The position numbers and the translations under genes are program-made. Shown here piece by piece: positions 11,515 to 24,783 of a DNA stretch of 64,000 nucleotides. The stretch covers positions 157,477 to 221,476 of the forward strand of contig NW_003314359.1 of NCBI RefSeq assembly GCF_000143415.4, given 5' to 3'. Below the pieces are notes generated by a model. It did no database searches, was not told the DNA's origin, and saw only the letters and a program-made list of their open reading frames with translations. Within the stretch, counting starts at the first letter, position 1. Each line of letters opens with the position of its first letter. Source of the DNA: Selaginella moellendorffii. Lineage: Eukaryota; Plantae; Lycopodiophyta.

Positions 11515-13169
11515 TTACGTGATCACCACCGGGTCCGAATCGTTGGCCTCACTTCCACCACCACCGTGATGGCTCTGCTGCTCGTTAACTTTCTCCCACT
11601 GCTCCTCGTCGTGCGGCCGCTCCCACGAGAGCTCCGGGATGGAGTCGTGCAAGGCATCGTCGATTGTCGAGTTGGAGCACGTCGATCCACCGTCTTGAGC
11701 AGCGATCGTCTCGGATGGAGCTGGAGCTGGAACTGGAGCTGCTAGAGCAGGGGCTGGAGATGGAGGCTCTTCGACAATCGCCGGCTTTCTTCCAATGCTT
11801 TCCAGGCCTTTGCGGAGCGCAACATATCGCAGGACCAGCTCCTTGTACTGCGTGAGCAGAGACTCGACGTCTTCGACTCTCAAGTCTCCGGCACTCGCAT
11901 AGAGAAACGGGTACTCCTTTGCAAGCTGACCGCTTCTGTCCGCTTCCACGACCCCGGACGCTCCCCCGGCTTCCAACTTTGCCACAGAGAGCTCCGAGCT
12001 CTCCTTTGCTGTTCTCTTTGTTGCTTCGTCCGGCTTCGTAATGGAACCCTCCTTCTCTTTCGGCAGCAGTAACTTCTCGGGTGGTGTCGAAGGAAGGCCC
12101 GGCGGGAACACGACTGACCGAGCATTTTGCATCCTTTCCTCAAACTCAGCTTCGTCCATTGACAGTGACTTTGCGTCCAGCTTCTCGATGAATGATTCCA
12201 CCGATACCAGGCTCGTGTAGAAGTAGGATGCCTCTGCAACCAGCCGGGAGCTGTGCCTGTATCTCTCGATAAATTGGAGATTTGAATGGAGCTGCGGTGG
12301 ATTAGCCTGACAAAAACGTTGGAAGCTTTTGGTTAGTCCATTCTTACATAGACATGAGTCGAAAAGAAACATGAGTCGAAAAGAACCTTGATAACGACGT
12401 AAATGAGAGCTGGAAGGAACTCTTCAGCTCCGGGAGGCGTGCCGCTCTTGGCCATGAGCAAGAGATTGTTGATCACTCGACAGCAGTTTAGGATGCACAC
12501 CAGCTTGTCCCTCGGAGCTTTGTAGCTGTTAATCTTTTGGAGCTCCTTCTCGGCGATCTATCATAGGCTCTTAATTCCATGAAGTCACCGGAAGCGGAAA
12601 AAAGAACTTACCAGCCATGATGCTTCGTTTTGAAAACTTTGAGGAAGATCGAGGTGCTCCGGCTTGATAAAGTGTTGTAGCAAGCTGATCTTGTCCGAGA
12701 GCTCTTGGTCCTTGAGAGAATCCGACGGGAGTGGCGAGTAGGCTCGCGTAAAGATCTTTGTCATCACGTACTTTTCAAGTCCCTGCACAGCTCTATCAAG
12801 TTTTTTTAGAACAGCGAGAGGACAGACTTACGTACCTCTGCGGCGTTTTCGAGCTCTTCTTCCGTGGCTCCAGCCCACAAGGGATGCGCTCTAAACGCAA
12901 CCTCCGTCGTGCTCAGGAAATCCTGCGCGCTGGCGCTGTCCATTGCCGGATCAATCGGGCTACTCATGAAATTCACAATGAAGCTGTCGAAAAGATCCCA
13001 TTTTTCAGCGAAAGAGGAAGGGATCAGATCGAAACGACAATGAAGAAATGCCAGCAGACCTCTTGATGGAGCGCACGAGATCGGCAGCTGATGGATGCTT
13101 CATCCGCTCCAGGAAATCGTGGAACGTCTGCTGCTTGGTAGCTGCATTAAACATATCCGAATTCTCCAT
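11515..13169 (-). CDS. VPS9a: VPS9-domain Rab5 guanine nucleotide exchange factor
   Basis: FHDFLERMKHPSAADLVRSIK, GLEKYVMTK, YKAPRDKLVCILNCCRVINNLL, PGAEEFLPALIYVVIK, ANPPQLHSNLQFIERYR. Confidence 0.94.
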
Positions 13170-13523
13170 CGCCGCTGCACACCACGGATCGCGGCTGTCA
13201 ATCCTCAATCCCCCGGATTGAAATGCGCGCGCGCAGGCAAATCGATCGATCCAAGCATCGCACCCAACGCACCTTCCACGAGACGACGAGCCCTAAACAC
13301 CCGAGAAGAAAGCCCTAACCCATCCGCGTGGCACATCTAAACCCCGATTACATCTAATCCCAAAGATAAAAGAATAGTTTAGCTTTCAAATGAATGCGGC
13401 CTTTGTTCTTTCATCATTTCTTTCCTCCCTTTCTTCTCTCTTTCAGTCGTTCGTTAGCAACTTTTTGGCTTGATCATCCTCGATAGTAACTCGAGAGCTG
13501 CGAATTCCAACACACCCAAATTA

Positions 13524-14940
13524 TTAATCGCCCTCGCATTCTACCAGAACGAACAGCGGAGTACCACCCAGTTTCTCCTGTCCCTGAAGTACACAGACAC
13601 AAGCACAGAAGCGCACTGGAATCAATCCAAAGTACTACGAGCGAGCGAGCGAGAGAGAGAGAGAGAGAGAGCGAGGCGCAAGTTGCCAGGCGATCGAGAG
13701 TACCTTCTGGTCTACCAATCCGATAACGCAAGCACATTCTACCACCTCCGCCTCGGCTCTTTCTGCTCGTAGAAAACAAACCAAAAGGAGAAAAGAGCAT
13801 AAGAAAGCGAACGAGGAGGACGAACAAGGACGAAGCAACAGTATTCGTTTACCCAGTAATCTGATCGCTGCCCGGAGCGTACCGCCTGTCGCGATGAGGT
13901 CGTCGATGACGAGCGCTCGCTCGCCCGCAGTGACCGCTCCAACATGCATTTCCATGCAGTCCTTGCCGTACTCTAGCGTGTAGGCCTCGGAAATGGTTTC
14001 GCCTGATCACCAAGGGATCCCAACAGCATCAATCAAAACGTCCCAGGGACAACCGACTTTTACCAGTACCTGGCAATTTTCCGGGCTTCCTGAGCGGTAC
14101 AAACTTGGCACCGAGCGCCAGAGCGATAGGCGCACCGAAGATGAATCCACGAGCTTCAATGGCTGGATCAAGGAAAAGTTGAAGAGATTAATCAGCAGAA
14201 AGGGAACAAAAGCAGGGAGGTGAAACTTACCCGCGACTACGTCGATCTTCTTGTCCGAGTACCTCTCGACGAACAAGTCTATGGTGTCTTTAAACGCCTT
14301 GTAGTTGCTCAGAAGAGTTGTCACGTCTCGAAACTTGATCCCTGGCATTTTTCCCACGAGCAATCAAATCATTCCAGCCGGAGCTTCGCCTTGCATGCGC
14401 AAAGAATTCGCAGGCGCAGCGGAGAAAAAGCGGAGACGCGGCGCACGCAGATTTCCGCAACACCACTCGCAAAAAGTCAATCACAAAAACAATCACAAAA
14501 CAACCCCGTAATGACATGACCGCGATGCCGCGCTTAAAATAATCCCACCTCGCGGAGTGAGGAAAAATAATTTGGGCAACACGGACGAGCACACACTTTC
14601 TCGGGCGAGCGAGCGAGCGACAGAGATCGTGGAATTTCCATTCCATTCCCTTTTAGGCAGCACGATCGCCGGCACGAGATGGAGGGAGAGAATTAACAGC
14701 CAGGAAGAGCAATGCACGACCGTGGGGCCTCGAGTGCCGCATTACACACAACGCATCGACAGATCCAAGCAAGAAAAGGAGAGAAAGGCAAAAGGAATGC
14801 GATTGCGCGATGCCGCCGCCAAGAGATTCGAGCTGATAGAGAGCGAGCGATATTATACCTGGCTTTGGGAAATCGGGCACCACGCGGATGGCAGCATCGA
14901 TGCCCGCGACGCGCTTATCGCCCTCGTCCTCTCGCGACAT
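13524..14940 (-). CDS. APT: Adenine phosphoribosyltransferase
   Basis: [52 protein letters not shown], and the PRPP-binding motif [12 protein letters not shown]. Confidence 0.95.
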
Positions 14941-14985
14941 GGCGTCTCCTCCCCAAGAATAATAGAAACCCTTGAGCTCTACCAA

Positions 14986-15025
<40 letters not shown>

Positions 15026-15537
15026 GTCTCTCTCGCGTTCTCTCCCTTCCCCTTGCGTGTTTTTAACTCACCTATTGTGTTTTTCCCCCTTCCTCTCGCG
15101 GCCCACGCCCGTACGGCACATGGTCCCAAAACCCATGCGCATTCCGTACACTCGGGAGATTTGGTGCCAGTGCACGGGCGGGGTTCGATCCGATCTCGCG
15201 ACCACAACCGGCGCACCGGCGGCTCCGGTCGCGCGTGGGTTGGTTTGGCGGACGATTTTGGCGGGGCTAGAATGTATGGGATGGGAGTGCTTATCCAACG
15301 TTTGTGGGCATATGATGACCTACCTAAAGACTTGCAAGATTCGGGCCATCAATCACAAGATTTTTGGGCACTGTTGATCAAATCTTGTGGTGGTGCTGGT
15401 GGTAATGGTAACTAGGACTTTGTTCTTTGGCCTTATATGTTCCCCAAGCTTTTTTCAATTGCATTTGGTGTGCACCACTACCGAGAATCCGCACATTGAT
15501 TGCAACATTTTGTGGCGCGCCCTAATTTTTCCTGGGG

Positions 15538-15573
15538 GGTGGTGGTGGTGGTGGTGGTGGTGGTGGTGGTGGT
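15538..15573. repeat. (GGT)12 microsatellite
   Basis: Directly visible in the sequence. Confidence 0.9.
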
Positions 15574-17056
15574 CACTGGCGTGGGTGTGATAGCTCCTGC
15601 TCACCAAAAGAACAAGCAAGTTGGGGTGACATTGCCAACTTGATACAAGACAAATTCTGTTGTATTGGAGGGGAGTATGGGACATGGGGAATGTTGACCC
15701 CAACGGGAACCGGTATCAATTCTCCAAATATGCCCCCCGCTTAAACAATTGCTCGCAGAGATCTTGCTCTGATTTGGTGCATGTCTTTGAAATGAAAACA
15801 ATATATTAACAATAATACTTTTAATTCAAAATACTTTGAGCCCAGTAGAAATTTCTCAATGCCCGTACAGGTAGAGGTGACCAGGGGAAAGAAAAACAAA
15901 AAATTATTCTTGGCAAAGTTCTCTTTGTTATTATTGTAGTCCTTTTGGCCGAGGCTTTTGCAGCCTTGGCTCATGTTGCTCCAGGACGCACACACACACA
16001 CACTCACCCCGGGTTTGACTCTGGTCTCCCTCTTTCTCTCTCTCTCTCTTTTATTTTTTCCTTTATCACTTTTCTTTTGGAATCAAATGCGTGGGATGGG
16101 AGAGAGATCGGGCTGCTACACTGCAGTGCACTGCGCGCATCATGTTGGATAAGAGATAAGAGAAGTGGACCACATCTGCAGCGAGCGAGAAAATTTTGTC
16201 ATGGGGGGCGGCAGAGCAGCGCCAGTAGAGTAGCAGCAGAGATTTGGGGACGATTTTCGTTCATGAATGGAAGTTTCTTGTCCACTTGCCTGGGACCGGC
16301 GTAGCTCGCACTAACCGCCAAGACCCCCTCCGTACGGCTTAAACCCTAGCCCCCGTACGGAAGGGCAACTTGGTACCGCAAAGGAGCGGGGGAAGAAGTC
16401 GCGAAAGCAACGGTGGTGGCGTTAACAGCGCTATGGATTCTCGCCCGCCCGCCAGCACGCCGCGCGTGGCCCCCTGTATATTTTACGCGCTGCCTGTCGG
16501 CCCTCTCTTTGCTTTGCTGGTTAACACACTTGGGTGGCGAGTTTGACGCTTCCGCTTGCGCCCAAGATCAGTGCGGCTCGGATATCCAATCGCACACATC
16601 ATTTCAGAGCATCACGGGTACGCTCGTACGCGCGAAAGGCCCCCGGCAACAAGTCCCCACCGTCAAAAAACTTTGACAAGGCCAACAAAGTTACAAAGTT
16701 ACGAGCGTGAACTGAGAATGCGAGAGCATTTGTTCGTTCCATCTGGGCTCTAGACAATCATTTTAGTGATACTTGGGTTGATTCGTTGGTTTTCTCGAGG
16801 CCGAATCACTGCAATGACGAAGATCGACCGCAAGCCAATCTTCTACTTGGCAACTTCTTTATTTGGCTCCATTTTTCTCAACGCCGAGCCCGATAGGACG
16901 GCGGTAAGAAACAAAAGAAGATTACCGAACAAGCTCTAGGATGACGCCAGTGATATCCAATCGTCTGGATACCGAGCATTCCGGTAAGCTATCCATCGGC
17001 AGCAAGGAGCACGTCATTGAAGAAAAAGAAAATGAAAAGAAAAGGAAATACCTTCA

Positions 17057-18511
17057 CTACTGAACGCTCAAGGGTGAGGATCCCAGGACGGTTTCCTCAG
17101 ATGCTATTCCCACCGCTGCTGCTGCTGCTGCTGCTGAGCCTCCACATGAATTCCTGCGTTGCCGAGGAGATGGATTCTCTACTTCCAGGCCTCCGATTGA
17201 CTTGCGCTTGAGGCTCTCCCGCCGGGTGCTGGAAACCGCTTCAGGAGTAGTCTCTAGTGCTGCCTCGTTGGCGTCCAACGCCGTTCGTGGTACGCTCTCT
17301 GCTTCAATGGCCAGCGCTTGTGCTTCAGCAAGGATGGTTGCACTGTCTTCCGCAGCGTATAAGATTTTTTGAATAGCGAGCACCGCCTGGAAATAACATC
17401 CGGGTAAAAAGGTGATGCCAATACATAATAACAGAGCGTACCGGGGCATTTTCAATGGCTGGAGTCTGACACAGAATCTCGATATCGCGCAGCTTTGAGA
17501 AATAGAAGTCCCTCTCTTTCTCGAGACTGTCCACTGACAGCTTGAGCTCCGTGATCTGCGAAATCAAGTAGGTATGAAGACGTTGGAACAAGTTGCCAAG
17601 TACCTGTTCTTGAAGAGCATAAAGTCTGGCTGGCGTTTGTGGAGCCGATCCAGTAGGAGGGACGACGACTGCTGCTGACATTAGTTGCTTGGTTTTAACT
17701 GTAAAAAATGTATCAGTGATTGATAGCCGTGTAACCAGGAGCTTACGAGGATTTGGAGTTTCAGATGAGCGAGGAGCAGAAACAGTTGAGTTACTGAGCT
17801 TGGCATTGTTGGAAGCTTTTAAAACTGCAGCAGAGTTGACGTGTGATGCTCGTTTACTAGCCTCCTTTCCTCCCCTGCAAGCTTCGCGCCTTTCAACTGG
17901 ATTGTAGCTGAAACAATCAAATAAGCAACCAAGAAAAATAAAAGTGGAAACGATACCTTGGGGCTGGAGCTCCACCATTAACCGAGTCGCAGTAACGCTT
18001 GAGCCACTGAACGAACTCAAGGTTGTCCAAGGGTCGGCCTTTGGTGAGCTTCATCACATCAATATGCTGCCAAATCGTTCACAAACTTTAGATTCTCACG
18101 ATCTATTCCGACTGCTTTTACCTTGCTGATTTTGAGTTTGTTGAAAACATCCTGGAGAACCTTGTAGTTCTGTATCATTTCATATTCGTTCTTAGCGTCG
18201 TAGTTCACCTGTCAGTGAAATAGCAAAGAATTTTTAGGAAAATCAAACAAAGAGTCTATCTTCCAGACCTTGTGCATCGGCACAACACCCGGATGTGTAG
18301 CATCCATCAATTGGACATAGATCGCCCCGCTAGATGCCTGCGAAGCATCCACAAAGCAAATATTTTGCAAGATAAGATGGGATTCTCTCCACATTCTCAC
18401 CTCTTCAATCTTGGTAAGACTGAGCTGAAGCGTGGTGTTGATCCAGCCAAGAATCTCATTCCTCCCGACGAAGTAGGCGCCATCCATCATCCCGATGTTC
18501 GCAGCCGCCAT
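17057..18511 (-). CDS. EB1: Microtubule end-binding protein EB1 (EB1c-like basic tail)
   Basis: [25 protein letters not shown] (CH domain), [27 protein letters not shown] (EBH domain), and a tail with KRKS...SPRQRR. Confidence 0.95.
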
Positions 18512-18653
18512 GGCCAACACTCCCCTTCCCTAGAACCCTAGAAATAGTTCTTTTGAAAGAGGGAAAGAGTAAAGTAGCCGTTGAGGAGAGAGCGGTCTGG
18601 CGTTCGATATCGTCCTAGCGCTTCCATGTTTAGGGTTTAAGGCTGTTGTGGCT

Positions 18654-21600
18654 ATGGAGCAGCAGGATCTCCAGTGCTCGATGCAAGCGGTGGAGCAATC
18701 TTGCGCGGCTCTCCATGTGAGATTTTATCTCGATCGATCACTGCTGAGCGGTGAATGCAGGTATCTGATCCAGGGATCCGATCATCGGCGGAAGCGACAC
18801 TGCTGGCTTTCAGAAAATCTCCGCATCCATTCTACGCCTGCCAATATATTCTCGGTAAATAGCTACAGTCTTCGTGCCTGTGAATCTTATAACACTCCAT
18901 CGCGATCCAGAAAATTCCCAGGTCGCCACAGCCAAATTTCTAGCGGCTGCCACGATCCAGGAGGCCGCAATACGGGAATGGACTTTGATATCTCCAGAAG
19001 AAAAATCAAGACTGCGAAGGTATGTGTGTGTTTGTTTGTGTATCGACCATTTTTTCTACTTGCTTCACTATGGTTTTGGAGTGGTGTTATTTTAGCTATT
19101 GCTTACAATACGTTATGGCTCGAGTGGAAACATCCGAAGGGTACATTCTATCAAAAATTTTGTCTGTGGTGGCAGCACTGCTTAAACGTGGTTGGTAAGC
19201 AGATCTTCAGGCTGAAATCCACGTTTGGATCTTTGTTTTTCCACAGGCTGGAGTACACCCAGGCTGAGAAGGCTTCTTTTCTTGAAGAGGTAAAAGCGTT
19301 TGTGCAAGTTCCTTGACGACATCGCGACTGAGCTGAAAAGATTTTTATACAGGTTGAGCAGGCTGTCGCCGGAAGACACGGTCTTGCTGCCCAGCGGTTT
19401 GGCATCTCATTACTTGAAGCATTGGTAAGCTGGTAATGGACATATTGCAAGTGTCGTGACTGTTTCCAATTTCTTTCTTTTTTCAGGTGTCCGAATTCTC
19501 GCTCTCCACCGCAAGTCCGATGGGCCTCCCTGCGGAGTTTCATGATAAATGTCGTGCTTCTTTGGAGGCGGGCTATTTACAAGTATGATTCTTTTTTCCA
19601 GTTGCAGTTTCATATGTTGATGGTTTTTCTAATTTGGCTTTTAGAAATTCTATGCATGGGCATTTGATGCTTCAGTTATGGTGGCAAGCAAAGCGCTTGA
19701 AGGACAAGGAGAGAATCAAGAGTCAGCGATCTGTACTATAGCAATCCGGCTGATGACCCAGATTTTGAACTGGGAATTTCGTGGTAAACTCGCTGTTCTT
19801 GGTAAAAGTCGTGCAAGCACTCTGTCCTCGTCGCCCGCAAGCAGAAAATCTTCTGAGCAATTACAGGTACAAATAAGCATCGCATGACGTTTGTAATGGT
19901 TATGATGTTCAGCTCTGGCACGATCTTCTAGTATCACCCGCGAAAGTGACATGGATATTGAATTTCTACGAACACATTCATCAAAAGGGCAATGCTTGGC
20001 TAGACTTGCCTCTTTCCGTGGTTGTCAGGCAACTTATCGTTCTTATGTGCTCTTTAAATGGAAGCATTTTTCCTACTGGTAAGAACGTCGGTGTTTTTGT
20101 TTTGCATATCTCACTAAAGTGTATCACTAAGCAGATGGGGCTGGTACGCAGGAACAGCACTTGCAAAGATTACTGAACTGCATTATTTCGTGGATTGATC
20201 CCCCAGAATATGTAATTAGTGCTGTCCTAGCGGGAACAAGCGAAAGGTTCGATTCTTTGCGCTCGTTCGTAATTGTTTTCCATTTTGCTAACACAGCTAG
20301 CTTGTTAGCGAGATGTTGGATGGATGTCGTGCACTACTAGCGATTGCGACACTATGCTCGCCGTCCTCTTTCGATCAACTGTTATTATCATTCAGGTGAA
20401 ATTTCCTATGGGCATTTGTTGTGATTGATACTAAATTTCATCAGGCAAACCGGTACACTGAGCTTGCTTTCTTCTTTGACATGTGGAATTATTAAGGCCA
20501 GTTGTGTCCGGGAATCTGAAGAACCAAGCTGGACTTACGAGGCTTTAGAAGTGCTTCTGGAGACTTGGACTGTGATTTTGCAAGTATGCTTAATTAAGTT
20601 TTACGTCGGGTTCAACAGTTTTTTTGTACAGCCTGCAGATCTTAGCCAGAAAGTACCACTTCCGCCAAGTGGAATAGAAGCCGCCTCTGCAGTGTTTCAA
20701 ACATTTGTGGAATTCGAAATGAAACGTGAGTTCTTGGAATCTTTATGATGTTACATAAAACTCACAGCTGCTTAGAATTACAGTATCAGAATCATCTGCT
20801 TTAGACGAAGATGATGCTGATGATATGGCTGCTTTTTCCGATGAAGGTTCTGTTTTTCTCTTTCTGATTTCTATTTTTCCAGTTCTGATGACCGCTTGTA
20901 ATTTTTATCAGCCCGGGAGGATCGCCTGAGTGCCGTTGCACTTATTGCTCGTACTGTTCCATCTGTATCTCTTTCATTGTTGACCATGCTAGTCTCGAAG
21001 TGTTTTTCGGAAATTCGACAGGTGCATGCAATTTTGTTGCTTCCTTTTTCCTCACCTCTTTTGTTGTGCTAGTCCTTAGGATCGGAGACCACAACACGGT
21101 GCTTGGAACAACTGCACTGGCTTACGATCCTCTCGGGACATGTTTTGGCGGACCCCGGAGAAGGAGAAACTCCAACGGTTTGGACCTGTGCTTTGTTCTT
21201 TGGAAACATTAACCAAGTGTCCTGTATAGGTGCCTGAATCCATTTTGGCCGTTTCTGCGGAACCAGCGACCCATCCTGCCGTATCTCTTTCTTTGTAAGC
21301 TGCCTTACTTAAGGTCTCACAAATAAATTCTGCTTCTTGTTCAGTGCTCTCATCGATGTAGCCCAACAATCTTTAGATGCTACTTTTCGAACTACTTTAA
21401 GTCCGCGAATGATGGAGGTAAGCTTTTGTCATAAGACACACAGATGTCATTTGATTCTGTTGTTAGGCTATTGTATGGTTTTTTGGAAGATGGGTGGAAA
21501 CATATCTCATGCCGGATCACGCTGGCCGAGGACCTAGCTCTACACCATCGGGTCATGAAGGACAGGGAGTTTCTGTAGGTGTCTTGTTTGACGGAAGAAA

Positions 21601-23743
21601 TGCCCTGAATGCTGCTTTTGGCAAAGATGGCGGAGGACCGGCAGTACTAGAGATTCTCGTTCGGGTAGCATTAACAAGTCTGACTGCGTGGCGAGGAGAG
21701 CAAGTATTGCAGGTGCGAACTTTTTTTTTTTTTTTGGTACTATTTACGTTCATGTCGTGCAGGAATACGTGTCCTCTCGTCTTCTTCCAGCGCTAGTGCG
21801 GAGGCGAAATGTATGCGTGCAACTACTGTCGATGGTAACTCGCTCGCTGCCTCCTTCTATTAACTAACTTTTTTGTCCAGGGCTCTTGGCAGGAGCTAGC
21901 GACTGTTTTTGCCCGCCAGGACCAAATGCTTTTGTCGCTTTCAGATTCAGTTCAGGTATGAATAGCCAGCTGAAATGTTTTTTCATGCAAGTTTACGTCA
22001 TGTTCTAGCGAGCTCTATCCGGATGCTTATGTCGATCTGCGCAAGGCCTGGCAAATGCTGATGCCGCAAACCAGTTAAGTCGATGGTGTTTTAAAACTTA
22101 GTTCTTAACATGCCAAGCTATAGTTATGTCAAGGATCTTCTTATGCCTATGGCTGCTAGCCTAGCTGAATTCTCTGGAAGGAAAGACCTGGCGACATTTT
22201 CTCAACAACCGAATGTTATTCACCAGGTTAGATTGTTTGTGTCAGAAGTTCTCTTATTCACATGCACTGCAGGTGAGCTGTGTGCTTGAAAGGCTGCGTG
22301 GTGCAGCAAGAGAAACAATACCGCGAACTCAAAAAGCCATATTTGAAGTTGGTGTGTCTATCATGAAGCCTTTGCTGGTGTTTATGGAAATCTACAAAAA
22401 TCAGGTAGCATTGCTCACGAGCTGCTGTTTTTCATTCATTGTTCTTGCAGCCATCTGTTGTTTACTTGCTACTAAAGTATGTTGTGGTCTGGGTCGACGC
22501 GGAAGTTGTTTTCCTAGAACCCAAGGACACCACTACGGTTTTCAACTTTTGCGTTCAGCTTCTCTCAGTTTATTCTGCACATAATATTGGCAAGGTACGT
22601 GTTTTTGTTACTGTTTAAAACGTCGCTTCACACGGTGTCTTTAGGTTTCTGTTTCAACATCTCGAAGCTTACAAAATGAAGCGCAAACCGAGAAATATAA
22701 AGACCTCCGAGCATTGCTTCAGCTGCTTACAAATCTGAGCTCCAAAGATTTGGTATGCCTTGCTGTGCTTATCTTTCTTTAACAACTTGTTTCGTTTGTG
22801 TAGTTCGATTTTGCACTGCATGCAGACGAAAATCCCGATGTAGCACAGGTAGCTTGGTTTCTTTCATCGTGGTAGTAGCCTAACGTTTTCGCACAGGTTG
22901 TGTATCTTGGGTTAAATATCATCACCCCTCTCATTTCAGCTGATTTGTTGAAGTACCCCAAGCTCTGCCGGCAGGTTTAATATCCTGTTATATTGTAGAC
23001 AGACGTCTAGCTCTAACCTTTTCCCGTTTGCTAGTATTTTACATTACTGATGCACATGCTGGAAGTCTATCCTGAGAAGGTGGCGAAGATATCACCAGAA
23101 GGATTTAGCCAGATCATAGGAACACTCGAGTTTGGATTGCGGCAACAGGTTCGTGTTTATTTTCTCAACGAGCTCTGCATTTAAATGTCTCGCTTACGCA
23201 GGATGTGGAGGTCGTAAATATGACATTGAGTGCTCTCGGTGCGCTAGGTGTCTTCCAGTATCAAGCACTGTGCAAAGGCGACGATGGCCTCGGAGCTCAA
23301 TCGCGTACGAGCGGCGGCGACGATGTGCTGTCTCATTTTCTAAAGCTGCTCATGCATTTCTTGCTGTTCGAGGATTACAGGTGAGCAAGCTTGCTGGTAT
23401 CCTTGTTTATCTAACTGGATGGTGTTTACAGTAATGATCTTGTCGAGCCTGCCGCTGATGCTTTACTTCCGCTAATTCTTTGCAACACCGCGCTGTTTGA
23501 GGTAATCCCGTTGTGAATCGTTCGTTTTATGGCTCATAAACGCTGTCTTGCCAGAAACTCAAGCAAGAGCTCGTCCAAAGACACCAAGACGTGGAGTCGC
23601 AAGAACGGGTCTCTACCGCGTTCCATTCGCTGTCAAGAGGGATCGAGATCGCGTCCACGATAGACCGTTCCATTCGTCGCAAGTTTAGGAGCAACTTATT
23701 TGTGTTCTTGAATGATCTCAGGGGATTCCTGCGTACTCGGTAG
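18654..23743 (+). CDS. XPO4: Exportin-4-like importin-beta family protein (about 30 short exons)
   Basis: SQVATAKFLAAATIQEAAIREW, LERLRGAA, EKYKDLRALLQLLTNLSSKDL, DLLKYPKLCRQYFTL, and a C-terminus FLNDLRGFLRTR*. Confidence 0.88.
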
Positions 23744-24783
23744 CTATCTTATTAAGCCTTGAGGATTTTGATATCGATCTTGTACAAAGTATCAGATTTA
23801 TTATCAATTTAGTTTAAAAGATGTTAAGTAGTATACTAATAACTATATCATTTATGTTTATGATTTATACATCTTTTTCTTTTTCCTTTACGATATGTTT
23901 GCTTTCCTCTAGTTCAAAGTCCACTGTAGACCTTCCACAAATTGTTGGCGTGCTCGTTTATCCATCTGGGGAGGGAGCTGAGGGACGTTGGGAGGGTGCA
24001 ATTGCAATGATTCTTCTTTCATTCATGCTCTTATTCAAAGTGTTGCGGGTGCGAGATTTTCCAACGTTGTTCTTGACAGGAACCAGCGCATTGGCGTAAA
24101 CAGGAGAGCCATTTTGCACAGCCAGGCTGTAGTACTGATAGTCTTTCTTCCCATCATCTAAGAGCTGAATATCTGTACTGCTGTTGGTGTAGCAATGCTG
24201 AACACAAACATATATGAGCATGAGCATAGCTGATCAGCCTCTCAACACCAAACAAATATGTAACTTACCGTCATTTTTGAAATCTGAATACAACTTGGGG
24301 GCTTGAACAGACACAAGGTGCCAGCAATTTATAGCACAACATTGGGGATACGGATAATGTCCCTGATTTATAAGGATGGTATAGATCTCGACTCCTCGTT
24401 TCCAGCAGAGCGTTTTCAGGGAGAGACCTGTCCAAGTGCAGATGGAACTTAAAACAAACACATGAGCAAAGAGACTAAAGGACCGGAGAGTGAACTTCAT
24501 GCATTGCATTTATGTAGTTAGGTCCCATGCTTTTAAATATATTTCAGAAACTGGCATCAATTTCTGGTTGAAGAAGTCTGATATTTAAAAGATGTGTCAA
24601 ACGGAATTGTTTTTTTACTGGCATTAATGAAATACTTTATCCAGGTGTTTACTAGATTTTGTATCTCTCTTGAGTGGTACAGTCAGTCTCTGATTCTCAC
24701 AATCAATAAATTCTCCAAATTTCTTCCCTCTGAAATTATACACATAGGATTATAGGTATTTTAATTTTATAATATAATTAACT

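Noticed and set aside
15686-15700. GGGGAATGTTG resembling the miR166 precursor 5' arm
   Set aside because: The match stops after 11 nt and there is no TCGGACCAGGCTTCATTCCCC partner.
15455-15703. Poly-His and poly-Trp ORFs
   Set aside because: They are translations of the (GGT)12 microsatellite.
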